Assembly (NCBI RefSeq): GCF_004010195.1
Contig: NC_057719.1
Coordinates: 20,163,433-20,227,432, forward strand
Origin: Chiloscyllium plagiosum
Lineage: Eukaryota
Direction: 5' to 3'
DNA: 64,000 nucleotides
A program made the position numbers and the translations under genes. Shown in pieces: positions 12,696 to 24,439 of this stretch; within the stretch, counting starts at the first letter, position 1; each line of letters starts with the position of its first letter. The notes beneath the pieces are model-generated. The model did not search any database, was not told the DNA's origin, and saw only the letters and a program-made list of their open reading frames with translations.

Positions 12696-14440
12696 GTAGA
12701 GTTGACTGTGGAGAAAGATATGGAAGCTATGGAACTTGGGGAAATAAATAGCAATATCTTGAAAAATGTCCATATTATGGAGGAAACAATGCTGGGTTTA
12801 TTAAATCGCATAAAGGTGGATAAATCCCCAGGATGTGATCAGGTGTACCCTGGAACTGTGTGGGAAGCTAGGGAAGTGATTGCTGGGCCCCATGCCAAGA
12901 TATTTGTATCATCGATAGTCACAGGTGAGGTACTGGAAGACTAGATGCTGGCAAATGTGGTGTCGTTATTTAGAAAAAAATGGTAAGGGAAAGGAAGAAA
13001 ACTATAGACCAGTGAGCCTGACATCAGTAGTGAAAAAGTGAGGAACAGGATTTACATATATTTTGAAAGGCAAGGACTGATTAGGGATAGCTTTGTGCTT
13101 GGGAAATCATGTCTCATGAACTTGCTTGAATTTTTTGAAAAAGTGACAAAGAGGATTGATGAAGGCAAGAGTGGTAGACATGATCTATATGGACTTTAGA
13201 AGTGTTCGACAAGTTTTTTCATGGTAGATTGATTAGCAAGATCAGCTCACATGGAAAATAGGGAGAACCAGCCATTTGGATACAGAACTGCCTCAAAGGC
13301 AGAAGACAGAGGGTGGTGGTAGAGAGTTGCTTTTCAGACTGGAGGCCTGAGACCAGTGGTGTGCCACGAGGATCGGTGTTGTATCACTGTTTTTCATTAT
13401 TCACATAAATGTTTTGGAAGTAAACATAGGAGGTAAGTTTGCAGAAGACACAAAAATTGGTGATGTAGTCAACAATGAAGAATATTGCCTCAAAGTACAT
13501 TGGGACATTGATCAGATGGGGATGTAGGCCAAGGAGTGGAAGATGGAGTTGAATTTAGATAAATGTGAGGTGCTGAATTTTGGAAAGGCAAATTAGAGCA
13601 GGACTTACATACTTAATGCTAAGGTCTTGCAGAGTATTGCTGAACAAAGAGACCTTGGAGTGCAGGTTCAGAGTTCTTTGAAAGTAGGTTCACAGATAGA
13701 CAGGATAGTGAAGAAGGCATTTGGTATGTTTGCATTTACTGGTCAGTGTATTGAGTACAGGAGTTGGGATGTCATGCTGTGGCTGTACAGGACATTGGTT
13801 AGGCCATTTTTGGAATATTGCGTGCAATTCTGGTCTCCCTGCTAGACAAAGGTCTTTTCCACAGGGTGCAGGAGTCCAAAACTAGAATCACAAGGGGATA
13901 CAATTTCATGTTGATTGTGGGAAGGTTTAGGGGAGATGCCAGAGAGTGGTGGGTGCGTGGAATGCATTGCCAGCAGTGGTAGTAGATTCAGATACAATAG
14001 GACAATATAAGTAACTCTTGGATAGGCACATGGAAGATAGTACAATGTAGGTTAGTATGATCTTAGAGTAGGATAAAAGGTCGACACAACATTGATGGCT
14101 GAAGGAACTGTACTGCGCTGCACTGTTCTATGTTCTATGCTCGATGTAGAGGGCATAGGTTTAAGGTGAAAGGGGAAAGATTTAAAAAGGACTTAAGGGG
14201 CAATTGTTTCATGTTGAGGGTAGTGCATGTATAGAATGAGCTTCCAAAGGAAGTAGTGGAGGTGGGTACAATTTCAACATTTAAAAGGTATCTGGATGCT
14301 TATATTAACATGAAGGAGTTAGACAGATATGGGATTAGCTAGCAAATTGGACTAGATAAATTAGGATATCTAGTCAACATGAACGAGTTGGGCCAAAGGG
14401 TCTGTTTCCATTCTGTACATCTCTATGACTCTATGACTGA
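12696..14440 (+). mobile_element. CR1/HER1-type LINE, 5'-truncated, with a nested second CR1 3' end at about 13890-14146
   Basis: KVDKSPGCDQVYP and QRDLGVQVQSSLKV...LVRPFLEYCVQFWSP; tails (ttctatg)n at about 14126 and (ctctatga)n at about 14421. Confidence 0.9.
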
Positions 14441-14444
14441 TGTA

Positions 14445-14582
14445 CAATACCCCATTGGTCCTCACCTACCACTCTACCAACCTCCAGATACATCGTATCA
14501 TCCTTCGTCATTTCCGCCACCTCCAAACAGACCCCACCGCCAAGGATATATTTCCCTCCCCTCCCCTATCAGCATTCTGGAA
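14445..14582 (+). mobile_element. PLE ORF fragment (linker between RT and GIY-YIG)
   Basis: PLVLTYHSTNLQIHRIILRHFRHLQTDPTAKDIFPSPPLSAF, homologous to the PLE at 56056-57048. Confidence 0.85.
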
Positions 14583-14899
14583 TGACCAGCTCTTGTAACC
14601 CTTGTATTTGTATGTTGATTTGACTTCAAGTTCTGGTAAATGGTAACCCTTGTGATCTGAACGGTGGGCGGATTCAGTGTCAGCCAGTATTCCATTAATA
14701 TTTTGAATAAGAGCTGCTATCAGTGAGTCTCATCTGGCGGGAGTACATTCTCTCTACAATGATTGTCAAATTCTGACTGGTAATTTCGAAGGATTGATCC
14801 TGTTATGCCAGTATTGTTGATTTAAACAAAAAAGATGCAATTTGTCACAGCACTCAGCAACAATATGTCATCGAATACTGAACGTCCTGAACGAAGAGA

Positions 14900-15192
14900 T
14901 TTGGCCTTCCTAAACTGCAATCTTCTTCCTGACCTCTGCGCCCCCACCCCACTCCGGCCTATCACCCTCACCTTAACCTCCTTCCACCTATCGCATTCCC
15001 AACGCCCCTCCCCCAAGTCCTTCCTCCCTACCTTTTATCTTAGCCTTCTTGGAACACCTTCCTCAGTCCTGAAGAAGGGCTTATGCCCGAAACGTCGATT
15101 CTCCTGCTCCTTGGATGCTGCCTGACCTGCTGCGCTTTTCCAGCAACACATTTTTCAGCTCTGATCTCCAGCATCTGCAGTCCTCACTTTCC
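14900..15192 (+). mobile_element. PLE terminal repeat (pLTR), well-preserved copy
   Basis: Near-identical to the reverse complement of 5610-5870; ends ctccagcatctgcagtcctcactttc. Confidence 0.9.
15065..15100 (+). ncRNA. Minimal type I hammerhead ribozyme motif, core intact
   Basis: agtc CTGAAGA a GGGC ttat GCCC GAAA cGTC gatt: catalytic boxes, 4-bp helix II, palindromic ACGT helix III, GUC triplet, 4-bp helix I. Confidence 0.75.
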
Positions 15193-15830
15193 CCCATTAT
15201 CAGCATCTTGGAGATTACCATTAACCAGACATTGAACTAGACAACCCATATAAGTACTGTGGCTCAATACTAGGTCAGGAGGTGTATAACGCACCTCTGG
15301 ATTCTTCAACACCTGGCACAGGTCAGGAGTATGGCGCAATGCTCCCAACTTGCCTTGGACAAGTGTTGTTGCAAAACCTCTCAAGACACTCAACACCATT
15401 CAGGACAAAGCAAACTGTTTGGTTGGCACTGTACGTTTAACACCTCCAACGTTCACTCCCTCCACACCAACATACAGTGGTGGCAGTGTGTCGTATCACA
15501 GGCTGCACTGCAGCCACTCACCAAGGCTCTTTAGACAATACCTTCCAAATCTATGCCATCTGTTTCTTAGAAGGAAAGGAATAACATTTCCATCAAAACA
15601 CTACCACATTCAAGGTACCCTCCAAGCCACACACTTTTGTGTTGCTTAACCATATCGCATCCCTTTGTTGTCTCTCTATCAAAATCCTGCACTCTCTCCC
15701 TAAAAGCACTGGGTGTGTTCTACAGACTGAAGACAGGTGACTACTGGCTTGTCATGTGCAATTAGAGATAGACAATGTATGCTGTCCTAGCCAGCAACAC
15801 TCACATCTCAGGCATATATCAAAACAAAAC
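15193..15830 (+). mobile_element. LINE family B, 3' part of the copy split at 12695
   Basis: Resumes at cccattatcagcatcttggagattaccattaaccaga, collinear with the uninterrupted copy at 50385-51190; 3' end gcaattagagatagacaa..ctagccagcaacactcacatc plus A-rich tail. Confidence 0.75.
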
Positions 15831-16787
15831 TGGGGTCAATCGAGAGTCTGGTTTCAAGACTGTGATAAACAGACATTGTCACATGGCATAGTGAGGAGTT
15901 TCTGAATGAAGACAGATGGATGGCTGGATATGGGGATGCATGTTCATGATAAAATTCCCATCCAATGTTATTTATCATTATTTACATCAATACAGCTCCC
16001 GAGCCTTTTAATCCTAGAGAAATGGAAAGCAAACTTAATCACTTTTATGACAGCAGATCTGAACATTGTGAATGATAGAATGTGTGCATGGCTTACTGCC
16101 CTGCTGATACCTGTTTTTATGTAAAAAATCAATTATTCACTGGGAGGATTCTAAAATGAATGATTTAGTATCATTCATCCTGATGACTAAGATAAACATA
16201 ATCATACAGTATTCTGTTGATGGACTATAACCTTTGTTCTTATACATAAAAAAATCAACAATCCAATTTTCAGTGTTTTCAATCATTTTTACGCTGCTAC
16301 ATTTGTGAAGGTACTAACCACCATTTTGATGGCTCTGGCAGTCATTCATGACCTCACTGAATTGACTATTCTTCATTCTCATGTTTAAACAGTTTATTTG
16401 ATTTGCAGAGAATTTGTAAGAGTTTGAACTGAATCTATCTTTCGTACATGTACATTTTTCATTTGAACACCTATCACAAACCAAATCCCCCATTGACAGA
16501 GACTCCACAGCCTCGTGTAATTGGAGTAAATGTTGCCAGCCATTGGGTGGTTGGAACAGAAATAGGAAGCTTGACAGAGAAAGGCAGATGTCCATGGATG
16601 TGGGCAGAAGATATTCATTATTAGGGCCTCACTTATGGGCCATTTTGGCAATTTGAAAATGTCAGGGTGGCTCATCCAAGTGGCCATCAAAAACAGGAGC
16701 TCCATGCCCCAAAAAGGGGGTGCTGGGCAGGGAAGGCCATTTCTATGGGCTCATTAGACCATCTGCTGAGATCTTCTTTCCATTCAT

Positions 16788-17128
16788 ATCATGGTGGCTC
16801 AGTGGTTAGCACTGCTACCCCACAGCAGCAGGTACCCAGGTTTAATTCTAGCTTTAGGTGGCTGTCTGTGTGGAGATTGTATGTTTTCCCCATGTCTGCA
16901 TGGGTTTCTTCAGGTACTCTGGTTTCCCCCCAACTCTGCATGTTGGTGGACTGGCCATGCTAAGTTGCCCGTAGTGTCCAGGAATATGTAGTTTCGGTGT
17001 ATTAGCCGTGGGGGATGCATAGTTACAGGGAAGGAGCAGAGGGACTCTGGGTGGGATGCTCTTTGGAGGGTTGGTGTGGACTTGTTGGGCCAAATGACCT
17101 CTTTCCACTCCGTAGGGATTCTATGATC
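16788..17128 (+). mobile_element. HE1-type V-SINE
   Basis: Head atggtggctcagtggttagcactgct, V-core ctgtctgtgtggag, HER1-like tail. Confidence 0.9.
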
Positions 17129-17479
17129 ATTCCTTTGTTGTCCACCACCATCAGTTACACTAAATTCTAATGTTTTCGTACCTCTTCAAAGGTACCTCCA
17201 TTGTGAAGAACCCTTGAGGTCTCCTCCATGTTTCAGCAACATCCACTATTACTGGTAGCAATGCTAAGCTTTCAGAACTCTCAGTTTTCTTATTACACTA
17301 AATAGGAGACTGCCTTTTGTAAAATCCTCAAGTCAGTGCTACATCCAGCAAGTGTGGACTCAGAGCTCTCTCTTCAGTGACATCAGAGACCTGAAGCCCA
17401 TGAAAGAACTTAGCCAATTGTGTTAAATTGTATCATCCTGAATTTCTCCCTTGACTGAGTTAAGTTAAGTAAGCATGAG

Positions 17480-17670
17480 GGAGAAAGTGAGGGCGACAGA
17501 TGCTGGAGATCAGAGTCAAAGAGTGCGGTGATGGGAAAGCACAGCCGGTCAGGCAGCATCCGAGGAGCAGGAGAGTCGTTGTTTCGAGCATAAGCTCTGA
17601 TGAAGAGATTCTCTTGCTTCTCGGATGCTGCCTGACCAGTTGTGCTTTTCCAGCACCACATTCTTCGAAC
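17480..17670. mobile_element. Fold-back PLE mini-insertion with 15-bp TSD (1 mismatch)
   Basis: ttaagtaagcatgag 17465-17479 and ttaattaagcatgag 17671-17685; inverted arms; centre has hammerhead halves on opposite strands (tttcgagcataagctc, ctgatgaagag). Confidence 0.85.
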
Positions 17671-17754
17671 TTAATTAAGCATGAGTCAGTCATTTCTCAT
17701 TTTCCGATGAGATGTGAGCTTCACTATGAAGACTAACATTTTTTTTCCTTTCAG

Positions 17755-17760
17755 AAGATG
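17755..17760 (+). other. Candidate 6-nt microexon (3 nt via NAGNAG)
   Basis: gactaac attttttttcctttcag|AAGATG|gtgagc: branch point, pyrimidine tract, acceptor and donor all near consensus. Confidence 0.3.
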
Positions 17761-17789
17761 GTGAGCAACCTTCCTGATTTTGTTTTTAA

Positions 17790-18500
17790 TCCATCCATGG
17801 AATATGAATGTCACAGTCAAGGCCAGCATTTCTTTCCCATCCCATCCCTATTGGCTTGGAATCAAATGGTTTTCTCGGGCATTTCAGAAGGCAAATATGG
17901 TTCTGCAGTCACTTATGACCCAGACCAAGTAAACATGTTTTTTTTTAATATAACAATCAACAATGGTTTCATGTTCCCCACTAGGAGCAGCTCTGACTTC
18001 TAGATTTTTAAATTCAATTGTCATTTAGCTCCTGTGATGGGATTTGTACCCATTTTTCAAGAAAATTGACCTCAGGATTACCAGTTTCATGACATTACCC
18101 GTTATGCCATCACCTCCCCATTCAGCCCATGTATTGAAAGTAAATCCAAAATACTGTTTGGGAAGGAATTACATGGTTTTGACGTAGTGTAAAACCATGA
18201 TTGTGTATGACTTAGAGGGAACCTGGGAGGTAGTGGATTTCTTTACAGCCCTTTCTCTTCCAGATGGTCAAAGTCATTGATTTAAAAGAGCTATAAAAGA
18301 AGCCTTTTGAATTGGCTTATTGAATTTGTATATGATACATCCTTGGCACTGCAGTAGAGGAAGTGAAAAATTAAGGTGGTAGATTGAAGTGCCAAGCAGC
18401 TGAGCACTTGTCCTGTTATTAAGCCTTTTTAGTCTTCTCAAGTATTATTTATTCAGGTAAATGTTGAGCATTTCATTGCACAATAGATCTGTGTTTGTAT
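17790..18500 (-). mobile_element. SINE family B (about 17790-18120) and LINE family B 3' fragment (about 18140-18500), decayed
   Basis: ggccagcatttctttcccatcccatcccta, gacattacccgttatgccatcacctcccc, gacttagagggaacctgggaggtagtgg. Confidence 0.6.
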
Positions 18501-18937
18501 CTTGGAAAATCTATTGTGAAGATAGATTTGTTGGAGGTTCACAATGAGGATAATCGATAATATATGATTATAAGCTATGATATTATCACACATACTCGAC
18601 AGAAAAACATCAAAGGCTTGACTCTATTGACTTACTTGCTACATCCTTAAAGATCCTAAATTGTCATATGGATATTCTTAGTCTGTTTGTTCATTATTGG
18701 TGTAGAATGCATTTGTTTCTTGGACACTAAATGTGCTCAATTTTCAAGCTCTTCTTCACTTCTTCTGAACTTGCCCAATACAATACGAGCATAATTAGTA
18801 GGAATAGTCTCATACCAGATATGCACTTCTTAAGTCAACATGAAAATAACAGACTGCTCCACACCCATTCTGTTCACCCTGTCAACCTATTTCCATTTCA
18901 CACCTCAACTTCAATGTATGCTCTTGATCTAAACTAA

Positions 18938-19061
18938 GAGAGAGAGAACTGCGGATTCTGGAAATCTTGAAGGAGGGTCAAGGAACCTGAGACACTAACT
19001 AAGCTTTTTCTCCACAGATGCTTCCAAACCGGCTGAGTTTATCTAGCAATTTCTATTTTTG
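18938..19061. mobile_element. PLE family-2 fragment
   Basis: ctgcggattctggaaatc...ctccacagatgcttccaaaccggctgagtttatctagcaatttc. Confidence 0.6.
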
Positions 19062-19478
19062 TATTCTCCTGACTGTCTGTATTTTCTTTAGGTCTTCTCC
19101 ATTGAAGATATTCTTGAGTAACAGACTGCATAGCTTTTTCTGTGCACCGCCTAAGCTGCGAGAACTGGAATGTGAACAACTGAGATCTTCATCTGAATCC
19201 AGCAATGTGACTTCTCTTCTTGGACCTGTTGCATCGCTGTGGCAATCTAGCTGTTTTCCACTCATCTGTCAATGATTTCCCACAGGAAGTGCTTGCCTGA
19301 ACTAACAAGTTATGTAAAAAGAAACAGATTTATGGCAGGACAGCTATGCGATAAAATAGCTTGTTGTATGGTTCCTACCAAAATTACACCTGACTGAGAA
19401 TTTTGATTTTGGATGTTTCACAATTCTATATTATTCCAGTTTGTTTAAATCCCACTTAATAATAAAACTGTAATCTCA

Positions 19479-19900
19479 GGCTGGGAATTTCAGTCTGGGA
19501 GGGGGGGGGTGGCATGCAGACTTAAAGATAGGAGGGCACAAAGCAATAGGATGGTTGTCTCATTGTTGTTGGCTATTCCCAATGGTGGCGATCACACACT
19601 GACGGTGGGAACCATTTGACAGCAGTTTTATTGGCACCTTTGTCTTTCGCATTCTGCTGGGAACCAGGAGGTTTGCCAAATCCCTGTGTGGTACAAGGAG
19701 GTGGCCATCAAGTGGCAGCTCTGTGCTGGCCTTTCATCGCAGCCATAACAAAAATCAAGGTGGGTGGGGCATTGTGTAAAAAGACTGTGGGGACATACTG
19801 TTAGATTCCTTTCAGTGCTTGAGCACTATAACTGAGGGTGGAGGACCGTATAGAATGGAAGAGTTGCAAACAACCATCTAATCAGTGGAAAATCCAAGCC
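19479..19900. mobile_element. Possible decayed MITE (PIF/Harbinger-like termini)
   Basis: Imperfect terminal inverted repeats ggctgggaatttc and gaaaatccaagcc bound a GC-richer block. Confidence 0.35.
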
Positions 19901-19944
19901 AAAAATTTTACATTACCATGAAGGGGAATGGTGCTCCAGTGAGT

Positions 19945-20175
19945 GCCTTAGAATCATCGAGTCAAAGAATCGTAGAGCACAGAAAGAGGTCCTTTGGCAC
20001 ACCATGTCTATTTTTTACATCCAAACAATGGCAGAAGTATGGAACACGCTGCCTGAGGGGATAGTGGAGGTAGGTATTCTTGCAACATTGAAGAAGCATC
20101 TGGACAGACACTTAAGATGCCAGGGAATAGTAGACTATGGACCAAGTGTGGGTGAACAGGATTAGTGTAGTTTCT
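19945..20175. mobile_element. Short CR1 3' fragments in both orientations
   Basis: agaatcatcgagtc..agagcacagaaagagg (minus tail) followed by ggaacacgctgcctgagggg..aagaagcatctggacagacac (plus). Confidence 0.65.
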
Positions 20176-21461
20176 ACAATCACATTTTTCTGTTTACCTG
20201 CCTTCTGTGCCATCAAGATTAACTGGAATCTGAATGGCTGCAATTAGTATCATTAATGGATATATTTATTTACAAGAGCAAAGCAAAGGTTCTTCATGGG
20301 ATTCTTGAAATCGTAGGGTCTCCAAAGATAATTCAGAAAGGTCTCCAGATGTTGGCTCCTTTACGTTGAAGAGTGCTAATGATGATATTGTTGAATCCCT
20401 CAACATAAGTATGTTTTAAATCATATGTAAGTAGCATTCCATGCCTGAGAAAATGCTTTATTTGCACAAAACTCTTACCAACTAGCATGAGCTGAATCTG
20501 AAATTGGTGGCTGGATCATGTGGAATAATCGCTTTTGCATCTTTCTGTTTTCTCAATGAAAGACAAACATGATTAGGGTTGGTAGAAAGGAACAGAAAAT
20601 GTCCAAGAAATCTACAGAGGATTGTTGCATCTTCAGGATGTTGTACTCCTGTTCTTACAAGTCCATACTCAGAATCTAAACTTCCACCACCAGAGGCGTT
20701 CAATGTTGAAAATATTTAAAACTGTTTTGAATTTTTTATTTCAACATGTAGCTGCTGCTTTGATAAATGCCACAGGCAATGGATGGAAAGTTACTGTTCT
20801 CAAGGGTGATGTACTTCCAGGGAGCTGTCTGTATAAACAGGAGACCAGTCAAGCCTATTCCAATATACAGTTGCCTCGTACCTAATCTGTAACTGTCTAT
20901 ATCTGATGTGAAGATAGGCTACCTGATATCATCACTGAATAGTTCTAACTATAATGTTAGGGCTTATTACTCTGGCTTCCCTGGAGAAATAAAGGAATTA
21001 CATTTTTGCTCAAGTATGGCTACAGAGCATGTGCAGAATGGAGTTATGTCATTGTAATATCAGGTCACATGAAACTCGAGCCTGAGTGTGTAAAGTTGCA
21101 GGTAAGATGATTTCTCTTATCATTCTCAGTAAATATGTTCAATAATCTAAACCTTTGTTCACTCACCAGCATGTAGATCTCACACAACCACACCCCTCAC
21201 AACAGATAATAGGTTCTAATCCTTAAATTATCTTATGCTTTGTAGTTTGACCAGCCATTGTGAGATGTGCTATAATCTGGTGAGTAAATACACAATTTGA
21301 GTTGGAGTCAGTGCATAATTTAGGAGCAGGAACCTCAAATATATCTTTTCTCTTCCTCTCTGCAGTCTGCTGAGATGAACTACATCCTGTGACCTTTATC
21401 AAAAATCCTATTTCGGGGTCCCCTGCAATGTTTTATTTCAACAAGTGAATATGTTGGAGTG

Positions 21462-21590
21462 TTGATTTGGAGACGCCGGTGTTTGCCTGGGGTGTACAAT
21501 GTTAAAAATCAAACAACACCAGTTTATAATCCAACAGGTTTATTTGGAAGCACTAGCTTTTGGAGCGCTGCTCCTTCATCAGGTGGTCAT
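21462..21590 (-). mobile_element. PLE family-3 terminal repeat with hammerhead motif
   Basis: Reverse strand cac CTGATGA a GGAGC agc GCTCC aAAA gCTA gtg at 21551-21585; G12 mutated to A. Confidence 0.75.
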
Positions 21591-23577
21591 GTTAATGTTG
21601 GAGTGTTATACAGGACAATATTTCACTTGAGTAATATCTGCTTTACATTAATAATGTCTGTGGTATCTGTCTCTTCATAGAACTGGTACACTAAACCTGT
21701 ATCTTCTATATTGTGTGTTTATTGTGCAATGAGACGTTATTGGCTTTTCCTAATGGCCAACTTTAATGTTATATAGTTTTTTTCTCAGTGTTTATCCTCC
21801 AAATTTAACACAATCAAGTTTCAATGTGGTCAGAAATTACCATGAACAGCTGATCTGTAAATAGCAAATCTCCCTATAAAATATGACAATAACATTTGAA
21901 TGGAAGAAAGCCATTCAATCTTTTTGGCTATTCAATTAATTCATGGTTGATACTCACCTTAACTTCATTACCCCAATTTGCTCTGATCTTTTGATACCCT
22001 TGTCTAACAAAAAAAGCAACATTTAAAACCCCAATTTTTCCAGTATCCATAGTATTTCAAAGTGGAAGTTATAGCTACTGTGGCTATGTAATGGACATTA
22101 CAATGACCAAGTTGATGCTTTTAAATTTTTCTAGTGAAACAGAATAAGTTATTTTTAAAAAAATTCCAACAACATAATCCAATAACATATTGGAGAGTGT
22201 CAGAACTGATACACTATGATGTCTCGAGTCAGGAATGTTTTGGACCGAGTAATTTCTGGATTTGAGAATTTTCTGACATTAGAAAGCCTAACCAATGGTA
22301 TGCAGACCAGGAGTGCAAAACAGCGATGAAACATCATAACATAGTGAAAAAAAAAGCTTTATTTATCCAAATAATGTATCTTCAATGTTTCCACTCCTAA
22401 TGTACTGGAATAACGTAATGCCAATTATATTGAGAGTCCTTATCACATTGCTCAAAGTATTTTCAGACAAGTTGCATTTCTGAACAATTGATTTCCAAAC
22501 TGGAAGGTTTCAGTGTAAAATGAATGCTTAAGACCTCTAGACCACGAAGATTTCCAAAAGATATAGACAGGAAGTAATTTGAAATGATGGGGAAAGGAGT
22601 ATTCTTTCTGCATGCACTATCCCATCATCATTATAATCAAGCCTTAATTCCTAAGAAGAATGCGAAATCATGGCTGAGCTTGCACAGTTTCAGGAGAAAG
22701 TAAGACTTTATATTTCGCTATGTACAAGTAGTAATTGCAATTGAATGTACAACTAACAATCTGGGATTAATTTGAAGAAATTGATATTGCACTGTATGAT
22801 TACTCATTCTCAATAGTCACTCACTCAGGCTTATATCCTGAGGGAAATCATTGAAAATATTGCTTCTATCCTCCATACAAAGATAAAAAAAATTCTCTCT
22901 CTGCCAAAATAAAATTTAAGATATGTTTCAGTGGATATAGATCATTAATGGATATAATGGATATCTCTGCTAATTGGTTTCTCAACCAGAAGGGAATATA
23001 CAATTCCAAATATAAAACATATGAAAGTAGTGATACCTTGGCATTTTGCCTTATAACCAGAAATGAACCAGGTTTTAAAAAAAAGTATTTAATTTAATAA
23101 AGCATGTTTTATGCAGCCAGAAACACATTAAATGATGTACAGGATTAGAACCAAATGCCTCTTTACTTGGATGGATGAATCTAACTTAGCAACCTTCCCA
23201 CCATTTCCCTCAGTCCTTTTATTCTGCAGAAATCCATCAAATTAGCACTTGGACATAATTATACTGTTGACTTCCCTTCTAATTTATCTTGGGAGTCTAT
23301 AGTCCTTCAGGTGAGAAAGTCCTATTGCAGTTCAGTGATTTCTAACTTGGCAGTTGTTAATTTGTTTCTTATGATGTATGATGGTTTTCTGTTGTATAAG
23401 ACAAAGTCAATTGTGATCACATCTTTGCCTTCCTGTAGTATTTCATTATATACAAGACTAAAAATATTCCCCCATCATAATTATATATCTATTTATATCC
23501 CTCATGATTATACATTTGCCTTTAATATGACCTACTTTTAAAGAAAATACCCAGTCTAGAAATGTTTCCTTTGATTT

Positions 23578-24425
23578 TGATCGAAGATCTTGATCAAATG
23601 GGCCAATTGGCCAAGGAGTGGCAAATGAAGTTTAATTTAGAGAAATGTGAGGTATTGCATTTTGGAAAGGCAAATCAGGGTAGGACCTATACACTAAATG
23701 GTAGAGCTCTGGGGAGTGTTGCCGAATGAAGAGACCTTGAAGTGCAGGTTGATAGTCCTTGAAAGTGGAGTTGCAGCTAGATACAATAGTGAAGAAGGTG
23801 TTTGGTACACTTGCCTTTGTTCGTAAGTGCATTGACTAGAGGAGTTGGGAGATCATGTTGAAGCTGCTTGGATGTTGGTTAGACCACTTTTGGAATACTG
23901 TGCATAATTCTGGTCTTCCTGCTCCAGGAGAGATAGTGCGAAACTTGAAAGGGTGTAGAAAAAAATTACAAGGATGTTGCCAAAGTTGGAGGGTTTGAGC
24001 TAAAGGAGAGGCTGAATAAGCTGGCGTTATTTTCTCTGGAGCATTGGAGGCTGAGGGATGACCTTAGGGGCTTATACAATTATGAGGGGCATAGATAGAG
24101 TGAATAGCCAAGGTCTTTTTCCCAGGATGGGTGAGTCCAAAACGAGAGAGCATAGGTCTAAGGTGAGAGGAGAAATATTTAAAAGGGACCTAAGGGCAAC
24201 TTTTTCATGCAGACTGTGGTGCATCTATGGAGTGAGCTGCCAGAAGAAGTGGTGGAGGATGGTACAATTACAACATTTAAAAGGCATCTGAATGGGTACG
24301 TGAGGCGGAAGGGTTTAGAGGGATCTGGGCCAAATGTTGACAAATGGGACAAGATTTATCTAGGGTATCTGGTCAGCATGGACGAGTTGGGCTGAAGGAT
24401 GTGTTTCCATGCTGTATAACCTTTG
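23578..24425 (+). mobile_element. CR1/HER1-type LINE 3' fragment
   Basis: KCEVLHFG-type codons at about 23640; TFKRHLNGYVRRKGLEG; HER1-like tail. Confidence 0.9.
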
Positions 24426-24439
24426 CGCCAGCTGCTCAG

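Noticed and set aside
19053..19265. Minus-strand 70-aa ORF MSGKQLDCHSD...
   Set aside because: No recognisable homology, weak splice context, and it ends inside a PLE fragment.
21551..21585. Active hammerheads at 21551, 36178, 3173, 5668 and 54197
   Set aside because: Each has a mutated core nucleotide or disrupted helix II, so they are kept only as remnants.
22210..22517. Tc1/mariner-type MITE with tacact...agtgta ends
   Set aside because: Only six terminal bases match, which is not enough support.
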